Origin: Trichosphaerium sp. ATCC 40318
Taxonomy: Eukaryota > Protista > Tubulinea
Length of the DNA stretch: 64,000 nucleotides
Assembly (NCBI GenBank): GCA_038496445.1
Contig: JALMLS010000183.1
Coordinates: 73,982 to 137,981, forward strand
Direction: 5' to 3'
Shown: positions 1-13,115 of the stretch, piece after piece
Layout: the number at the start of each line of letters is the position of its first letter
How positions within the stretch are numbered: position 1 is the first letter of the stretch
The notes under the pieces: model-generated
What the model saw: only the letters and a program-made list of their open reading frames with translations
Told to the model about the DNA's origin: nothing
Database searches by the model: none
Position numbers and translations under genes: made by a program

Positions 1-547
1 TAGCAAGTGTGCACATGTCAGCATGAACTTGGTTTCATTGTGTATGAAATGAATGCTATTGTCCTTTATCCTATATACTGCATGCAATGATATAGAATGT
101 GTAACAACCTACTGGTACTGTTAACAGAGTATGCTATAACGAGATTTGGACATGTACCTTCCTCTTTGATGAGTTGTATATAGTAAGTTGATGATCTGTC
201 ACAGATACAAATACTGTTGATCTTCTAGTCAACCACGACAATAGCTATTGTTCAGGTTAGCTAACTTAAAAGCGTTTGGTAAATTAACGAACGTGGCTTT
301 GTGTTTCTTGTTTTGGCCTTGTAATATGTAAAATAGACCCTCAACACGTGAGGTAACGTGATGACTGATTCTTTTCTACAACATTGTTTGTACAAACAAT
401 ATTTAACCTCTTTTTACGCACTCTCAGTGTAGGTACTTCGGAAATTACGCATTGCCACCTTTTACAGACCCGCATCAACACAACAAGCCGTACTGGAGGG
501 AAACCCTCGAGAATATAAACAAACACATCCAAAATTAATGTATCCAT
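1..547 (-). CDS. F-box protein (N-terminal F-box; spliced; 3' part uncertain, may run off the window start)
   Basis: Exon 1 encodes LILDVFVYILEGFPPVRLVVLMRVCKRWQCVI (F-box pattern ..L..V.K.W), followed by a GTGCGT...TAG intron. Confidence 0.6.
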
Positions 548-716
548 AATATCCTTGCTGCTGAGTTGTTATTAATGTGATTCAACTATTGATAAGCTCA
601 GTCAAACCTATTCAAATGCTCTTCACTATTTTCTTTGTAAATCGGTTCAACAAGCAATTTTCTTCGAGAGTGTTGCTACTACGTATGACAGAAACCAAAG
701 TATTATTCCCTTGTGC

Positions 717-1119
717 TAGAAAATTAACAAAAAGAGGTGGTAGCGTAGCGTGCCCCATAGTGTATTGGGCTCTACTGGAGCTGTAGCACCAGATAGAGCG
801 CCTATGTTACGAAGAAGCTTCTGCCTCTTCGTTGCTGGTTGCAACGAAGTATGATTTTTCCCAACGCATGAATGCGATTGTATGCTTTTGCAAGGTTTAC
901 GAAGTATTATTACAATTGCAATTGGCATCCCGAGGTAATTAGTTTCCTTCGAAGTATAAACTCAGGTATGCCACGTTGGGAAGTTGGGGCACATCTACTA
1001 TGCATCTCTACTGATAATTATAAGAAGTAGTGTATTTAAGTAACAACATTGAGCAAAGAAATTTCTTGTGGTATTGAAAAGCAACGAAATTTCAAAAAGA
1101 TGGAATAAGATAAGATTTA
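717..1119 (-). repeat. Dispersed ~400-bp repeat, copy 1 (inverted relative to copy 2 at 23233-23637)
   Basis: Reverse complement aligns nearly base-for-base with 23233-23637; only scattered substitutions and small indels. Confidence 0.95.
729..1000 (-). ncRNA. Candidate structured ncRNA (~270 nt), copy 1
   Basis: Terminal stem UGUGCCCCA/UGGGGCACG, nested stems UUCCCAACG/CGUUGGGAA and GGCAU-CCUGAG/CUCGGG-AUGCC, further hairpins, TTTTT at the 3' end. Confidence 0.55.
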
Positions 1120-1340
1120 GTGCTAGTCTATTTTAGCTGCACTACAGACGTTGTAGATGACAAGAGAAAGATTTCAGATCAGAATCACTCAATGCTAATC
1201 AAACGCGAGCATTTCGAAAACTACAATCCAAGAAAGTGGCTTCGACTGCAATGAAATTATTAAAATAAAGAGTTTTATGAAAAGGCGATTTTATTCTTCG
1301 CCTCTTATGTACAAGTTTTTTTAATAGACTAACAATACAT

Positions 1341-4300
1341 TTAACACGAAACATACTTTGTCTGAACACCTAAAGAACCATGCATATCATACATAGACAT
1401 TAATTCTGTACTAGTTGGATTATGGCAAGTGAACACAAGTTCAGTATACGTAAGAGAAGTGACAACAGAAATATCAGACAAGTTTTGACATGGAACTAAA
1501 TGTCGTGTAATACTTTCCTCTGGCGAAAGGTGTCCATATTCGTTAAGTATAGTATACAACGCATCTAAAGTGAGCATTAAAAATGGTTTGGTAATAGTTT
1601 GCTATGCGTACTATTATCAACGTAATAAATTCTATCTGACACTGCTCCGACAAGTGAAGGCAACGTTGAGGATGGAAACCATTGCTGCTAGAGATAAAAA
1701 GTAAGCCCATATCAGGGAATAACCGGTCTTACATTAACTCTGAAAAAATTAGCTCCAGTGACCTGTCAAGAAAGTGTTAGGTGACAGATGATAAGAAATT
1801 TTTTTTTTGGAGGAACTTGATCTGACGTACTGTTGAGCTTTCGCCGCTTGTTTGGAGCTGTACTTCCCACATACTAATTGATTCACCTTGGTTTTCAGAT
1901 ATGACAAACAATGTATCGAATTCCGCAGTATGTACAAATTGAAGCTTAGTAGCATTGAATGGCACAATCACATCGAATTCCTGGTTTGTTGTGAATAAAT
2001 TAATGCGTGGTTGCTCAGTCTCAGATCCTGATACAACGAATATGTTATCTGTTACGTGAGTTGTTAGTAAGAGCTTAATGAATTGATCTGAATAAAAAAC
2101 GTTTAAAGAGCTGACTCCTAACTAGAGTAGGACTGCCACATTTTTGAGCTAAAATTTTTGGTGAAAAATGTAAACGAAAATTGAGAGTTTGGGTTCTTGC
2201 TGTTGAAAGAGAAAACTAACCTTTTAAAGTTCCTATATCGTATGCCATTGGTACATCAATTAGAAATGACCATTCCTCGCCATCATATACATAAACCTAA
2301 ATAAGTTAAAAAGAAAATCCTTTCAAAAGAAAACAAAAAGCAAATTCGTCGAAATTACACCTACCTGCGTCATCCCAACTTCCGGTAAGAGAGTCACCAA
2401 TGCATTCAAGCTATTCACTCCTTCAAAGAACTTAACACTCGTGGCACCAAAATACCAATTTGTGGAAGCTTCTACTAAAGTACAACTTATATGCGAAGCA
2501 CAGTAAAGTGGTGGACTATTAAAGAACAAGTTAATCAAGACATTTGATGATGAGGCTTATGTGTACTTGGTATCATTAGCGTTTATAACAGCAATATATC
2601 TTCCGTTTGTTAAAATGTGAGTGCTGGGCGCATTGAAAGTGGCAACAAGCCTCAATGACGCTAGTTGGTCGTTACAAAAACAGAAAAAGTTGAAGGAAAA
2701 AAAAAAGGTACCAGATGAATGTAGAAACACCGTGGAAACAAGTAGGTTGGATGATAATATCAGAGTACCACCAGGATAACTGGCTGTATCTTTGATATTA
2801 CCTACAAAGAGATCCAAAGGCTTGGGTAAAGGACCAACAAGCGCTGATACTTGATTTTGCTGAAAAACCACTGCTTTTGTTGTTTGTTGGCAGGTTGTAT
2901 TACCGTTATCTGTTGATGGGCCGAAACTTGTAGGTGTTGGGCCGAAATTTGCAGGTGTTGGTCCGGCGTTGTTAGTTTCTGGTGGTACTACTACTTCACC
3001 ATCAGACTACTGTTTTGTCAGTAAATTCATGCACACATGTAAATTTTTTTTTTTACTATTTCGCTACTCTTATCACGTGCTTGTTTTTTTGCAGATAAAA
3101 ACGATACTGATAGAACTAGAGCAATAAGGCATAATACACTAAATATACCAAATCCCTGTAGTAAAGAAAAAGTAAGTATAAAAGTCGTTGTGCACGTGAA
3201 AATGTCAGTGAAAGTTCAACCTATTTTTTTTTGGTTTTTTTCTTTTTTTTTTTTTGGGGTACCATTGCGAGTTTATTGTCTTGAAGCCAAGGTAAACGTG
3301 TGTCAATGCTTCTCATAAAGTCTTCATCAAGTTCTATAGCCATTGCCTTTTCAGCATTCTTTCTTACTTTCAAATCATTCCAAACATTACTTAGCCTCTC
3401 AAGAATAGAACTACCAGCAAACCACGTCTCTTCAACATTACCAATATCAAATTCCTTGGCTACAAAAAATATGGTTAAACAACCCAAACAATAAAGCATA
3501 GAGTCATCGTACCATGATGAATGAGATTTGTTGCATTTTCTTCGATAAGAGAAACTTCTAAACTATAGTCTGGTACGCCACTTGGAGAGAACGTTGCAGC
3601 TTCAACAATACTACCAAGCTCATGTTCTTCGTCATTAACGGTGTTCTGGGTACTCTCAGGTGATTTTTCTTGTAATTGGTGCTGCTTTTTTCTTTTCGGT
3701 TCTATAGTATCAGCATCATCTGCGTTGATATCACTTGCTTTACTAGTCTCAATACTTCTTTTGCTCTACAAGCAAACGCATTATTCTTAATGAAATATAA
3801 ATAACTGAAGAGTAAGCTTACCGATGCGCTTGGTGCCTTTACGCCCTCTTTGAACTGAAAGCGAGTAAGAAATTTAATTTCAATGAAACTTGACTTGTTC
3901 ACGTTTTTTCTTTGGATGAAATAAAATGGCTGTCACTAAACAGTACCCGAGTTATAATGACTTCTTCTGTTAGTACGGTATCATTTAACACATCTCCATC
4001 ATTTATAACGATTGTAGCGCGAAGCTATGACGAATTTTAAAGGAAAAAAAAAAACCACATGAAAAATAAAACGCCAAAGCATCACGTGCTTTGTTATTCT
4101 CACCTTTGCCACAACACCATTCTTGTTGTTTTTTATCCAAATGTCTTGGTAAGTCACATGTCCAAAGTTTACCAAGCAAGATATCTTAAAACAACCTTCA
4201 TCGTATGATGTCTTCCACTTCCTTGTTAATTTTTTTAAAACAAGTCTTTTTGAGTTTACTGGTTTTTTGCATTTGTTCGCCAGTAAAAACCGATAATATT

Positions 4301-5100
4301 CAATTTTTCACGCACCTCACGCTCGTGTCCGTATGCTCCGATGCATTAAAAACGACCCAGTTTGATATTAAGTTTTTTGGAACTACAGACCCACAAGGTA
4401 TCAAATCGAACTGTCTGAGCTCTGTAGCTTCGCTACAACCAGAAATCTACAGCGTCTGTTACTTTTTACGTTACACGGTTTGTAGATACACGTACCGTTA
4501 TATGTACGACATTCCAGCGCGATGCCTTACGATTTAAACGTACTTGATTTAAAAAACATTTAGCGTCCTCCCATTTACGTAAACTCGGATATATTTTAAA
4601 CTCAAGCCTTTAGAACACTTAGTGCTATATAAATAAAGGTAAATTTATACCTTGGCTGTGTCATATACTGAGGATAAGGAATATAAACCAGCAGTTAAGT
4701 TGTACTTAAAAAGTCGACGTCAGTCGCACCATGCAATCGACCTTATAATTTGAAATTTCTATGCGCATTCGCCGTTTACACTGCTGGTGACATCGTAGCA
4801 TCCCAATAGCTTGTTAAAGAGATTTACGCTTGCTTCAATTGTCACGTGCCTAACTACATCACATAATTTGTTAGAGGTTAACCAAATATTGATGGGCAGC
4901 GTTTTCTTTGTTACTGCGATTTAGTGGTACTTACTTGAGGTGTTGATGGTGGCTAGAGTTGTGAGTGATACTGCATGGATGGTGAAGAACCATGAGCCTC
5001 TTTTTAGAGTGTACTCATACTTAGAACTTCAAAATAGAGCAAATAAATTTGTAAGGTATGAAGTGATCTGGAAGTTTAACAATCATCTCAACTTGGTGCA
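1341..5100 (-). CDS. Multi-exon hypothetical single-pass membrane protein (N-terminal region, TM segment, Pro/Thr linker, large C-terminal domain); start uncertain
   Basis: Exons joined in frame: ...LPWLQDNKLAM|GFGIFSVLCLIALVLSVSFLSAKKQ|SDGEVVVPPETNNAGPTPANFGPTPTSFGPST...; includes GC-AG introns 3007-3080 and 4025-4089. Confidence 0.5.
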
Positions 5101-5426
5101 TAAAGTATGTTGGTTTGAATCATTTGAGTTGCTAGTTTCATAGCTTCGCTTATTTGTAAAGTGCTTTCCATTGAAGTACAGACCGCTAATAATGAAACGA
5201 AATAATTTTATCAATACATTATAAAGTTGCATGATTCTCACTGTCAATGTGAGTGTTGAATGGTTTTGTTAGTGAGAATTGAGCATTTAGAAATTGGCAC
5301 TAAAACAGCTATTCGGTTTGAAGGCCAGAACGAACCATAAGCAACGTTGAACCTGAAAAAGAAAAAGCGCAGGGCAAGTACTACAAAAATAAGATGCAAA
5401 CGTGTGTTTATTGTGTTGGAATACAT

Positions 5427-5867
5427 TCAGAGTCTGATGATATCAAATGTTTCATCCTGGCCGTTTGGTGTTTCAAGGTGAATACGTTGAAAGTTTGACT
5501 GCCCAGGTCCAGCATCAATCACATAGGCGGTAGGATAACGACCAATAGATGTCGGACCTGAAGTCGAAGTGAGCGTCCATCGTTGTCTTCCTTCACCACT
5601 ATTACAATAGTTACAATACAGCGCAGATCCATGGTGTTCTGCTTCCATACAAAGATCAAGTTTAATGTTTCTAATCTGGTAAATATTAGGTAAGAGTTCA
5701 TTCATGTCCCACCATTGGCTCGATAGCTCTGGATTTGACCGTATCAAAGCAGGGCCATAGCCTCGTATTCCAATAGCAAAGGGGGTGCCTGTTTTTACAA
5801 TCTGTACTCTATAGGCAGTACATAAGGTAGCAACGCATAAGATGAAGAGAAGAGACGGTGTGTGCAT
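5427..5867 (-). CDS. Secreted ricin-B-type (beta-trefoil) lectin-like protein, single exon
   Basis: Signal peptide MHTPSLLFILCVATLCTA; QxW-like motifs (SQWW, RQRW) and IRN...LCME pattern typical of ricin B lectins. Confidence 0.65.
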   Translation of the reverse strand: MHTPSLLFILCVATLCTAYRVQIVKTGTPFAIGIRGYGPALIRSNPELSSQWWDMNELLPNIYQIRNIKLDLCMEAEHHGSALYCNYCNSGEGRQRWTLTSTSGPTSIGRYPTAYVIDAGPGQSNFQRIHLETPNGQDETFDIIRL

Positions 5868-8223
5868 TGTGTGTGTTTAGCGTTTATGTTGATATCACAC
5901 AGTTTGTTGTGCTACGTTTAACGCTGTCAATGTGAACGGTATTTCTGGTAGAATCGCTAGTACCAGCGCACTACATTAAAAATAGCTACCTAATGAGTAT
6001 GTGGTTACAAAGTTGTTGTTTCTATTGACGCTTTGCTAACATCAACATAAATATAGGCTTATGATAACCTTAAGATACACCAGCGCATGAAAATAACAAA
6101 GTAGAGAACAAGTGTGCTTGTAATTGGAATAAAGAGTCCAAAATAAAAATAGGTTTTTGTTACGTACACTTAAAGAGACTACATCAGCAAAACTCAAAAA
6201 ACAAAGATGATATAGATGGGATATTGTCTTGTAAGCTGGAATCCAAACTTGGCTTTGAAGGATACGCTTACATGTTGATCGTTTATCTCTTGTTGTTTAA
6301 AACTGCGATAATAAAAAATGTTTTGAATCAACGCGTTTGAAGCTCAGATATTTATAGAAAAATCACAGTGATGTAAACCAGTTCGTCGTTTTAAAACGGG
6401 CCGCCTGAAAACGGTTTTCGTGTTTGGTTTTGTTCTTACCACACTTTACATACACATTACAGATTCATAGTTTTGTGTTTTCGTATCAGCCAATAGTTTT
6501 GAATCACACGTGATTTTAATCGTTTTCACGGTTTTTAAACGTCGACAACCGAAAAGTGTTCACCAAATGGCTTTCTTGCTTTAATATTGGTCTCACAACG
6601 CTACAGAGCGCATAAAACGGATAAGTATTGTGTTGGTTGTATAGGTTCAGCTAAAGTCCGAAAATAAAATAGTTAGGCGAAATACTACGTTGCCATTGGT
6701 TTATTTTAGGCGAAAGAGTTGAGCTGCATAGTTGTGGTTATGGTTTTGATAAAGTTTGCTTGATAAGGGAATAGTGGAACACAATACAAGAGCAGATCAA
6801 ATCCGCGCTTATCTTGCCTCGTTTTTTTATTTGTTTTCGGGTCAGCAGTCCCAAAAAATAGGTGCTAAAGAACCTGTTATGATTATCACTTACCCACTCA
6901 TTAACAAAAAATACATGTCCTCAGCCCTTGTGTACAACTAAACAACGCTCAGAAGTAAGCCAATATCTTTATAATTTATTTAGGACAATTTACTGCTCTT
7001 CGAATACCAACCTTAGCCTTGCTACCACCTTCGCTTTATGGTTGGTTATTGTTATGTAATGCTTTGCTTTGGGATTGTTATTTCATGTATGGGAGTAGTT
7101 CCAAATAATTGCCTGGAAATTATTTGCTGTCAATACATTTGCGTACCTTTCAATTCAGACCATTGCAATGACATGTGATATCATTGGTGTATACACGGCA
7201 CAGAATAATGCAACTTGGCGTGTATTTTCTATATGATAAGTGTTAGATGAGTGGCTCGATACTGTGGCTAATAGGAAAAATCGAGGAATGTGTTGAAGAA
7301 AAAGTTCAAATGCCTATAGTTTTATTCATGACTCAAAAACAACATCTCACAGATAGGTTTGTTTAGATTTCAATTTAGTACGCTTACAAGTACAAATAAA
7401 TACACTGAGCACGCGCTGTAGCACCGTAGAGTAATACAATAGCTTCAGAGACCAATATGTAGTTGGAAAATTCTCTCATGCATAGTTAGAATTGCGTATC
7501 GCCTTACTTTCGCGTCTGCCGTGCGAGTATAGAGTGCCTGTGCCTGCTTTTTGTAGTATTTATTGTGGATTATACATTGTCTAGGTTACTGCAAAGGTTT
7601 TCGTGGCTCAAAGCAGTCGCAAACCTGTGGCATCACTTTGCCTTCAATGAATTGCACACCAGAGCTTGTACCCGTCAGTTCTGCCAGAATATGTATCACG
7701 ATTGCATTTGAGTAAGAAGATAATGGTATGAACGCCTGAAAACAACTTGAGAACTTCATCAGTTTAATAGCGATGTTGCTTGCAATATTGTTGTAAGTAA
7801 GAAATCTTAGCACTCTTGCATCTAGTAAAACAATGTGCAAATTTACTGACTGCAAACATGTAACGCTAACCAAAAAAAAAAGGCAAATTATGTAACAAAA
7901 AGACGGAGAGTGTAGTAATCTAGAGGCTTATTATTTATAGTACAATCTGTGCAAACAACAAAAAGTTGGTCATTCGTTTTGTAGTTGAACAGTAGTTTTT
8001 TTATGTGAGATTGATGTTGTAAATTTCAACTGAATCCTTATACGAAACAAACGCAGATTTGTTTGTATTAAAATAAGCAGAAGCTTGATACATGGAGTTT
8101 GCTGAATTAAAAATATGTGTAAGTAAATAAATCAAAAGATATTCGAGAAGAGGCAGTCATTAGCAAAACTTTTTGTTTCACTTTTAGCTTTAGAGCTGTA
8201 ATTCGCTGTTTTGGAGACATAAT

Positions 8224-8488
8224 ATTTTCCACCAGAAAAACACTAAAATCCACTCGAGTGGATTTTGGTACCTAGCACATATTAACCTGTGCTGCCACAC
8301 CCACCAATGGATGACATTTTGTGAGCGAAGTCGGGTTCTTGTCCCGAGCAAAGCGACGGGCCTGACCGAAAGCGAACAGTCCTCTATATTAGCTTGCATT
8401 CGCTGTCCCATACTCGAATAGTGTAAAACCAAAACTGGAATACAAATAATCCACTTGAGTGGATTTTAGCCCATATTTTGTGGAAAAT
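8224..8488. mobile_element. MITE-like element with palindromic terminal inverted repeats
   Basis: CTAAAATCCACTCGAGTGGATT (8243-8264) and AATCCACTTGAGTGGATTTTAG (8448-8469) are inverted with 1 mismatch; outer ATTTTCCAC/GTGGAAAAT also inverted; GC-richer interior; no TSD identified. Confidence 0.4.
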
Positions 8489-8804
8489 GTGTCGTCTGTT
8501 GCTGTTTTCGATACGCCAACTCATAAGAAATCTCATAATTTTATGCTCAGTTTCAAAACGTCTTCGCGTTTCCTTTAATTTGCTGTGGTGTAAGCGTTCA
8601 TACAAGTTCTATATGGGACCCAAAAAAATAGCCATTTAAATGATGGTGATATGTGTACATGCTTCCGCTATAAATCCGAGTATGACATACAATAAAATAA
8701 AAAAACATCTCGTTAACAGTCAAAGAGTGTCAATACGAGAACGCCAATAAAAGCTGCACTGACTGCAAAACACCCAACGCGGGAGAAGTATCTTTTGTGC
8801 TAGA

Positions 8805-11764
8805 ATGGCGTCGTTTAAACAATTTATTACTATAATAGCGCTTACATGCTATCATACAATTGCTGTTGAATGGAACAATCTTCCTGAAAATAGAGGGCAA
8901 GTTTTTTTTCTGGATGAACATTCCGGCTAACATTAATTAAGGTACAACCCAAAACCTTGTAGTTTCGATCTAAACGACAACGGTATTATTGGTACAATTA
9001 AAAAAACTGTCAATTAACAAAAAAGGTCACGTGATAATGTCCTACCGCTCATTTTTTTTTGTAAGGTGAACCAGCAGATTGTAAGGTTTGTAATGGTGTC
9101 GACACAGACCCAGACGGCGATGGAGTACGCTGACTAGCTTATAACCTTATAAAATTGCTTACTCTGGCTCAAAAAGATTGACGAAAACATGATTTATGTA
9201 GATTGTGCTAGTGGAAATGATTCTGCAACGTGTGGCAAACCAGGTATGTTTTTTTAATTTTAAGAGCTCGTTCTGGTTCTTTAGTTTCCCCTCATTCATC
9301 ACTTATACTCTTTTTTTAATAATAGATGATCCTTGCTTGACCATAGGTCATGCTTGGATGGTAGTAGCGCGTACAACACAAACAGCAGATGCGGAATCCA
9401 TTATTTGCTTTAAAGGCATTATTTTTTCGTCCGTCTTATCTTTTGTATCTTATCTATTTATAGGTATGTGTTCTACAGAAGAAAATATAGCCCCTGGTGT
9501 GAGTGGAATACCTGGATTTAGAACAAAGACCAAAAGTGGTAGCGAGGAATGGGATTTTCAATACCCAACAAATCCAACAAGTTAGAAATCTCCTTGCTTT
9601 CTTGTCTTTCTAATGCACCTATCATAGTGTTGGTAGGATGGGATACTGACGGTGATGGTAAATACCCACCTTTTGACACTGATGACATTGCCGTTGTTGA
9701 AGGAAGCACGTGACCTTATGACTGGTAGGCGATTTGCTAATTTGGTTAGAATCCAATGCGCTATCACGATTTATGCAGTTGGGCGCAAACTCTATGGGAA
9801 TGCCCAGCTATGTGGAGATGGCTCATTTTACAGTAACTGGATATGGTAGTTATACCACAGAAACACAAACGGGATTTATCATGATGGGTAAAGGAAGTGG
9901 CAGGATAAGCTCACACGTTTACATTCATGACTTGGTACGCACTTTTTTTTTTTAACTTTACTTCTTGTTAGTAATATCTTGTACAGCACATCTACGATGT
10001 CAACCGAGAAAAAGTAGAAAATGAATCAGCATCGCCTACGCTTATTTTCAATTGGTTCTCAGGGATGGCACATAAGTACTACGAGATATCAAACATGAAG
10101 ATTACCGAATTTTCATCTTGGATGTCACGTGGTGGGTTTGGTGAGGATGAAGTTCTGAATGTAACAACAGGACAAGACGAGCATATTAGATATCAGAACT
10201 TGTTTGTTCGACCACGTGGAAAGAACACAGAGCATGCTGGAATGGTTGCTGTAAAAGAATGGGGGTACTCTAACTTAACATGCTTAAGTTGCACTGATTT
10301 ATTTTGCTTTTGCTCCTGACGTTCTGTAGCCTTAAGAATTATGTTGAGTGGATTGATAATGTTTGGGACGCTAATATACCACCTCTTGGACCTTTCAAAC
10401 CGGAAGCTAATGGAAGATTGACAGGCGTTCTTATTAATATGTGTATGCAAAACGTTGTGATTAGAAATAATTTGTTTTACAATTGGGCAACGTCAATAAG
10501 GATTCAAGCCTCTGTTCCTGGTTTTTGTAATGTACAACATAAACGCCACAATACTGTCAAGTTACTTACACTTATCATAGGCTAGACAAGTGAATAACGT
10601 GTACGTCTTGCACATCTTTAGTTGGTTAACAAAATGATGTTGCTTTTTTTTTTCTCATTTTATTTTGCTTTTAATTAGGTTTATTGATCACAATATCATT
10701 CATCATGACTCTCCTTATTGGAAATTTGGTGCTAATGGTATCGTTTCGAAAGATGACGGTGGTGGAACAACACCATTTTGTATGTAGCATTAATTTACGT
10801 ATTTGTTTAACATTCCTTTTTATTTAAGTGGGATCAATTAAGGACGTATTCATTTCTGATAATATAATTAACTTTGAGAACATTAACACCACAGCTATGC
10901 AATCCGGAATATGGGTTCACTCAGGAAATAAGGAAAAGAAACAAACAGGTAAAGATCTATCTTCCGAAGCTTACCTCTTTTTGCGTTTTCTTAATTTTTT
11001 CCAATTCTGACTTGCTTGCTCGTTTAGGCACAGTAACAATTGAGAGAAATACAATACGAGCGTTCAAGACACGTAATCAATGGGGAGCTATAACCATAGG
11101 TGATCCTGATAAAATGGGCGAGGTTAAATTCCCTGTACAGAACTTTGTAATCCGAGATAATGACATACGGTACAATACATTTCAGCTAATTTGTTTCGTC
11201 TTATCTTGCTTTACACTAGGGGCGTCATTGGAGCGAAAGGATTTGATCAGTTAATGTATAGATTCGTAGATGATATACCAAGTAACGTTGTAGCTTCTGG
11301 TAATACTTATCCTTCATGTGCAGAGTACAGGGTTGTTGCAGATCGGGCACGTGGTTTTTTTGCCACAGTTTTTTTCCAAGTGATCTAACTTTGTCGTAGT
11401 ATGAAGATTTTGAAGGTTTTAGACCAGTGTGGGAACAAGACACAGATATAAAGTTTTGCAAGACAAACAATTGTGATAAGCCTGGCGACACGTGCTCATT
11501 GAAGGATTTACCATACTCATACACAATACCTGAGTGCGACTTTTATAAAAGAACAATTTTTTTGCGTTGCTTCTAACAGTCAATATTTAGCACGGTGGGG
11601 AAAGGTTTAGCTGTTCCTGATTTCGATAGAAATTCTGGTGGCGGTGGACCAAGCCCTCAAGCTCCACTAGGGTCTGGAGGATCCGGCACTTCAAGCTCAA
11701 AAAGAGTTTGCAACTTGAGTGCGATAGCAACGCTCGTGACCATTACTATAATGATGTTGGTTTA
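8805..11764 (+). CDS. Secreted, probably GPI-anchored, right-handed parallel beta-helix (pectin-lyase-like) protein with Asp-rich Ca-binding loops; many exons
   Basis: Signal peptide MASFKQFITIIALTCYHTIA; MIYVDCASGNDSATCGKPDDPCLTIGHA motif; PbH-like strands (NVVIRNNLF, VFISDNII, VTIERNTI, FVIRDNDI); DTDPDGDG and WDTDGDG loops; G/S linker and hydrophobic C-terminus. Confidence 0.7.
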
Positions 11765-11932
11765 ATAAAATACCGTTACTTTACCGTAATTTACACAAAA
11801 AGATTGTAAACAACATTCTGTCCAAAGACAGTTGTAGTATCGTTTTCAGATTTAGGCAGCCAAAATCTTTTGAATTGTGCAGGGAAATCCGTATGTTCCA
11901 GTACGACAATATCCGCCTATTGTAGACATAAG

Positions 11933-13115
11933 ATGCTGAGCCTTCCGCCAGAGATGATATGCCGTATTTCGAATCTTGTTCCGACCACTAGTTTTTTGGG
12001 GCTTCGGAAAACGTGTATACGCGTAAAACAAGTTCTAGGATGTACACCGCTTGGAAAGGTGCGGTTTTGAACGCGTTTATCACATTGACAAACCGTAACT
12101 ATATAAAACGTACTAAAACCATGTTTAGGATATGGAAAACGCTATAATTGCGCGATACGTAATGACAATAGTACCTTCTGGTGGTGTAAAAACTCAAGTG
12201 GGAACGAACAGCAAAAACAACACGAACATACGCGTTACACTTAATTCAGACGGAAAAGTGCGTATTTGGAGTGTTTAAGCATTTTTTCAGCGTTCCCAAA
12301 AGTGAATTTGTCCAACTTCGTTATCTCATCTTCTTTAGCTTATTTATTGTTACAACCATGCTATATATACTGCAGATATTACGTCAAAGGCTTCTAAGCT
12401 AATGGCGGGCAAACCTGATACATTTGGAAGTTCAAACGGAAGTTTCAATAATGCTTCATTTTACTTTCCACATTCTGTCGCTCTGGACAATTCAAAGATG
12501 ATTTTGAGCGATGCTTATAATGGTACAAGGAAAAAAGTGTTTTTTATTCTACTGACATTAAAATCAAGGCATGCTACGATTGATAGATACCAAGCGAAAA
12601 ACAATATCAAATCACCCGTATGGTTTTTTTTCTTGTTTTTTTACGTTTGACCTTATTTTGCATCTAGAGCTACTCCTAGACCTTATAGTAATAAAATTCT
12701 ACATCCTACGTGTTGTATAACAGATAGAAACGGAAATATAATGTTCTTGGATGCAAGTACAAGCGCGTTATGGAAGATTGAAAAGAAAAATGGAAGATAC
12801 TCGCCAACGCCTATGTCAATGTCTCTGAATGCAAACTATCGCAAATCATTTGGTGGCATGATTTTTCCTTATACAATGGCTTGTAATAAAAGAGGAGTAT
12901 TGTATATTCTAGGACAGAACTTGATTAGCATCAATAACAAGGGGATTATGCGAATGGAGCTCAAAGAGAACCAGATTGGTCAGATTTTTAGGAGCGAAGA
13001 TTCGAGTTTATTCTTTGACAAAAAAAACAATGTATACATTGCCAGTACGTCTGGCACTATAATTAAATACTATGTTAAGACAGGTCATGTTGTGAGGTAT
13101 GCGAAAATCTACTAA
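11933..13115 (+). CDS. F-box protein with NHL-repeat (beta-propeller) C-terminus
   Basis: MLSLPPEMICRISNLV...LRKTC (F-box); AGKPDTFGSSNGSFNNASFYFPHSVALD...ILSDAYN (NHL repeat); spliced. Confidence 0.65.

Noticed and set aside
750-812. tRNA-like start GCCCCATAGTGTATTGG on the plus strand
   Set aside because: No T-arm (GTTCRA) or cloverleaf; wobble pairs favour the opposite strand
716-928. ORF MPIAIVIILRKPCK shared by both repeat copies
   Set aside because: The frame is broken differently between the copies by an indel; conservation follows base pairing rather than codons
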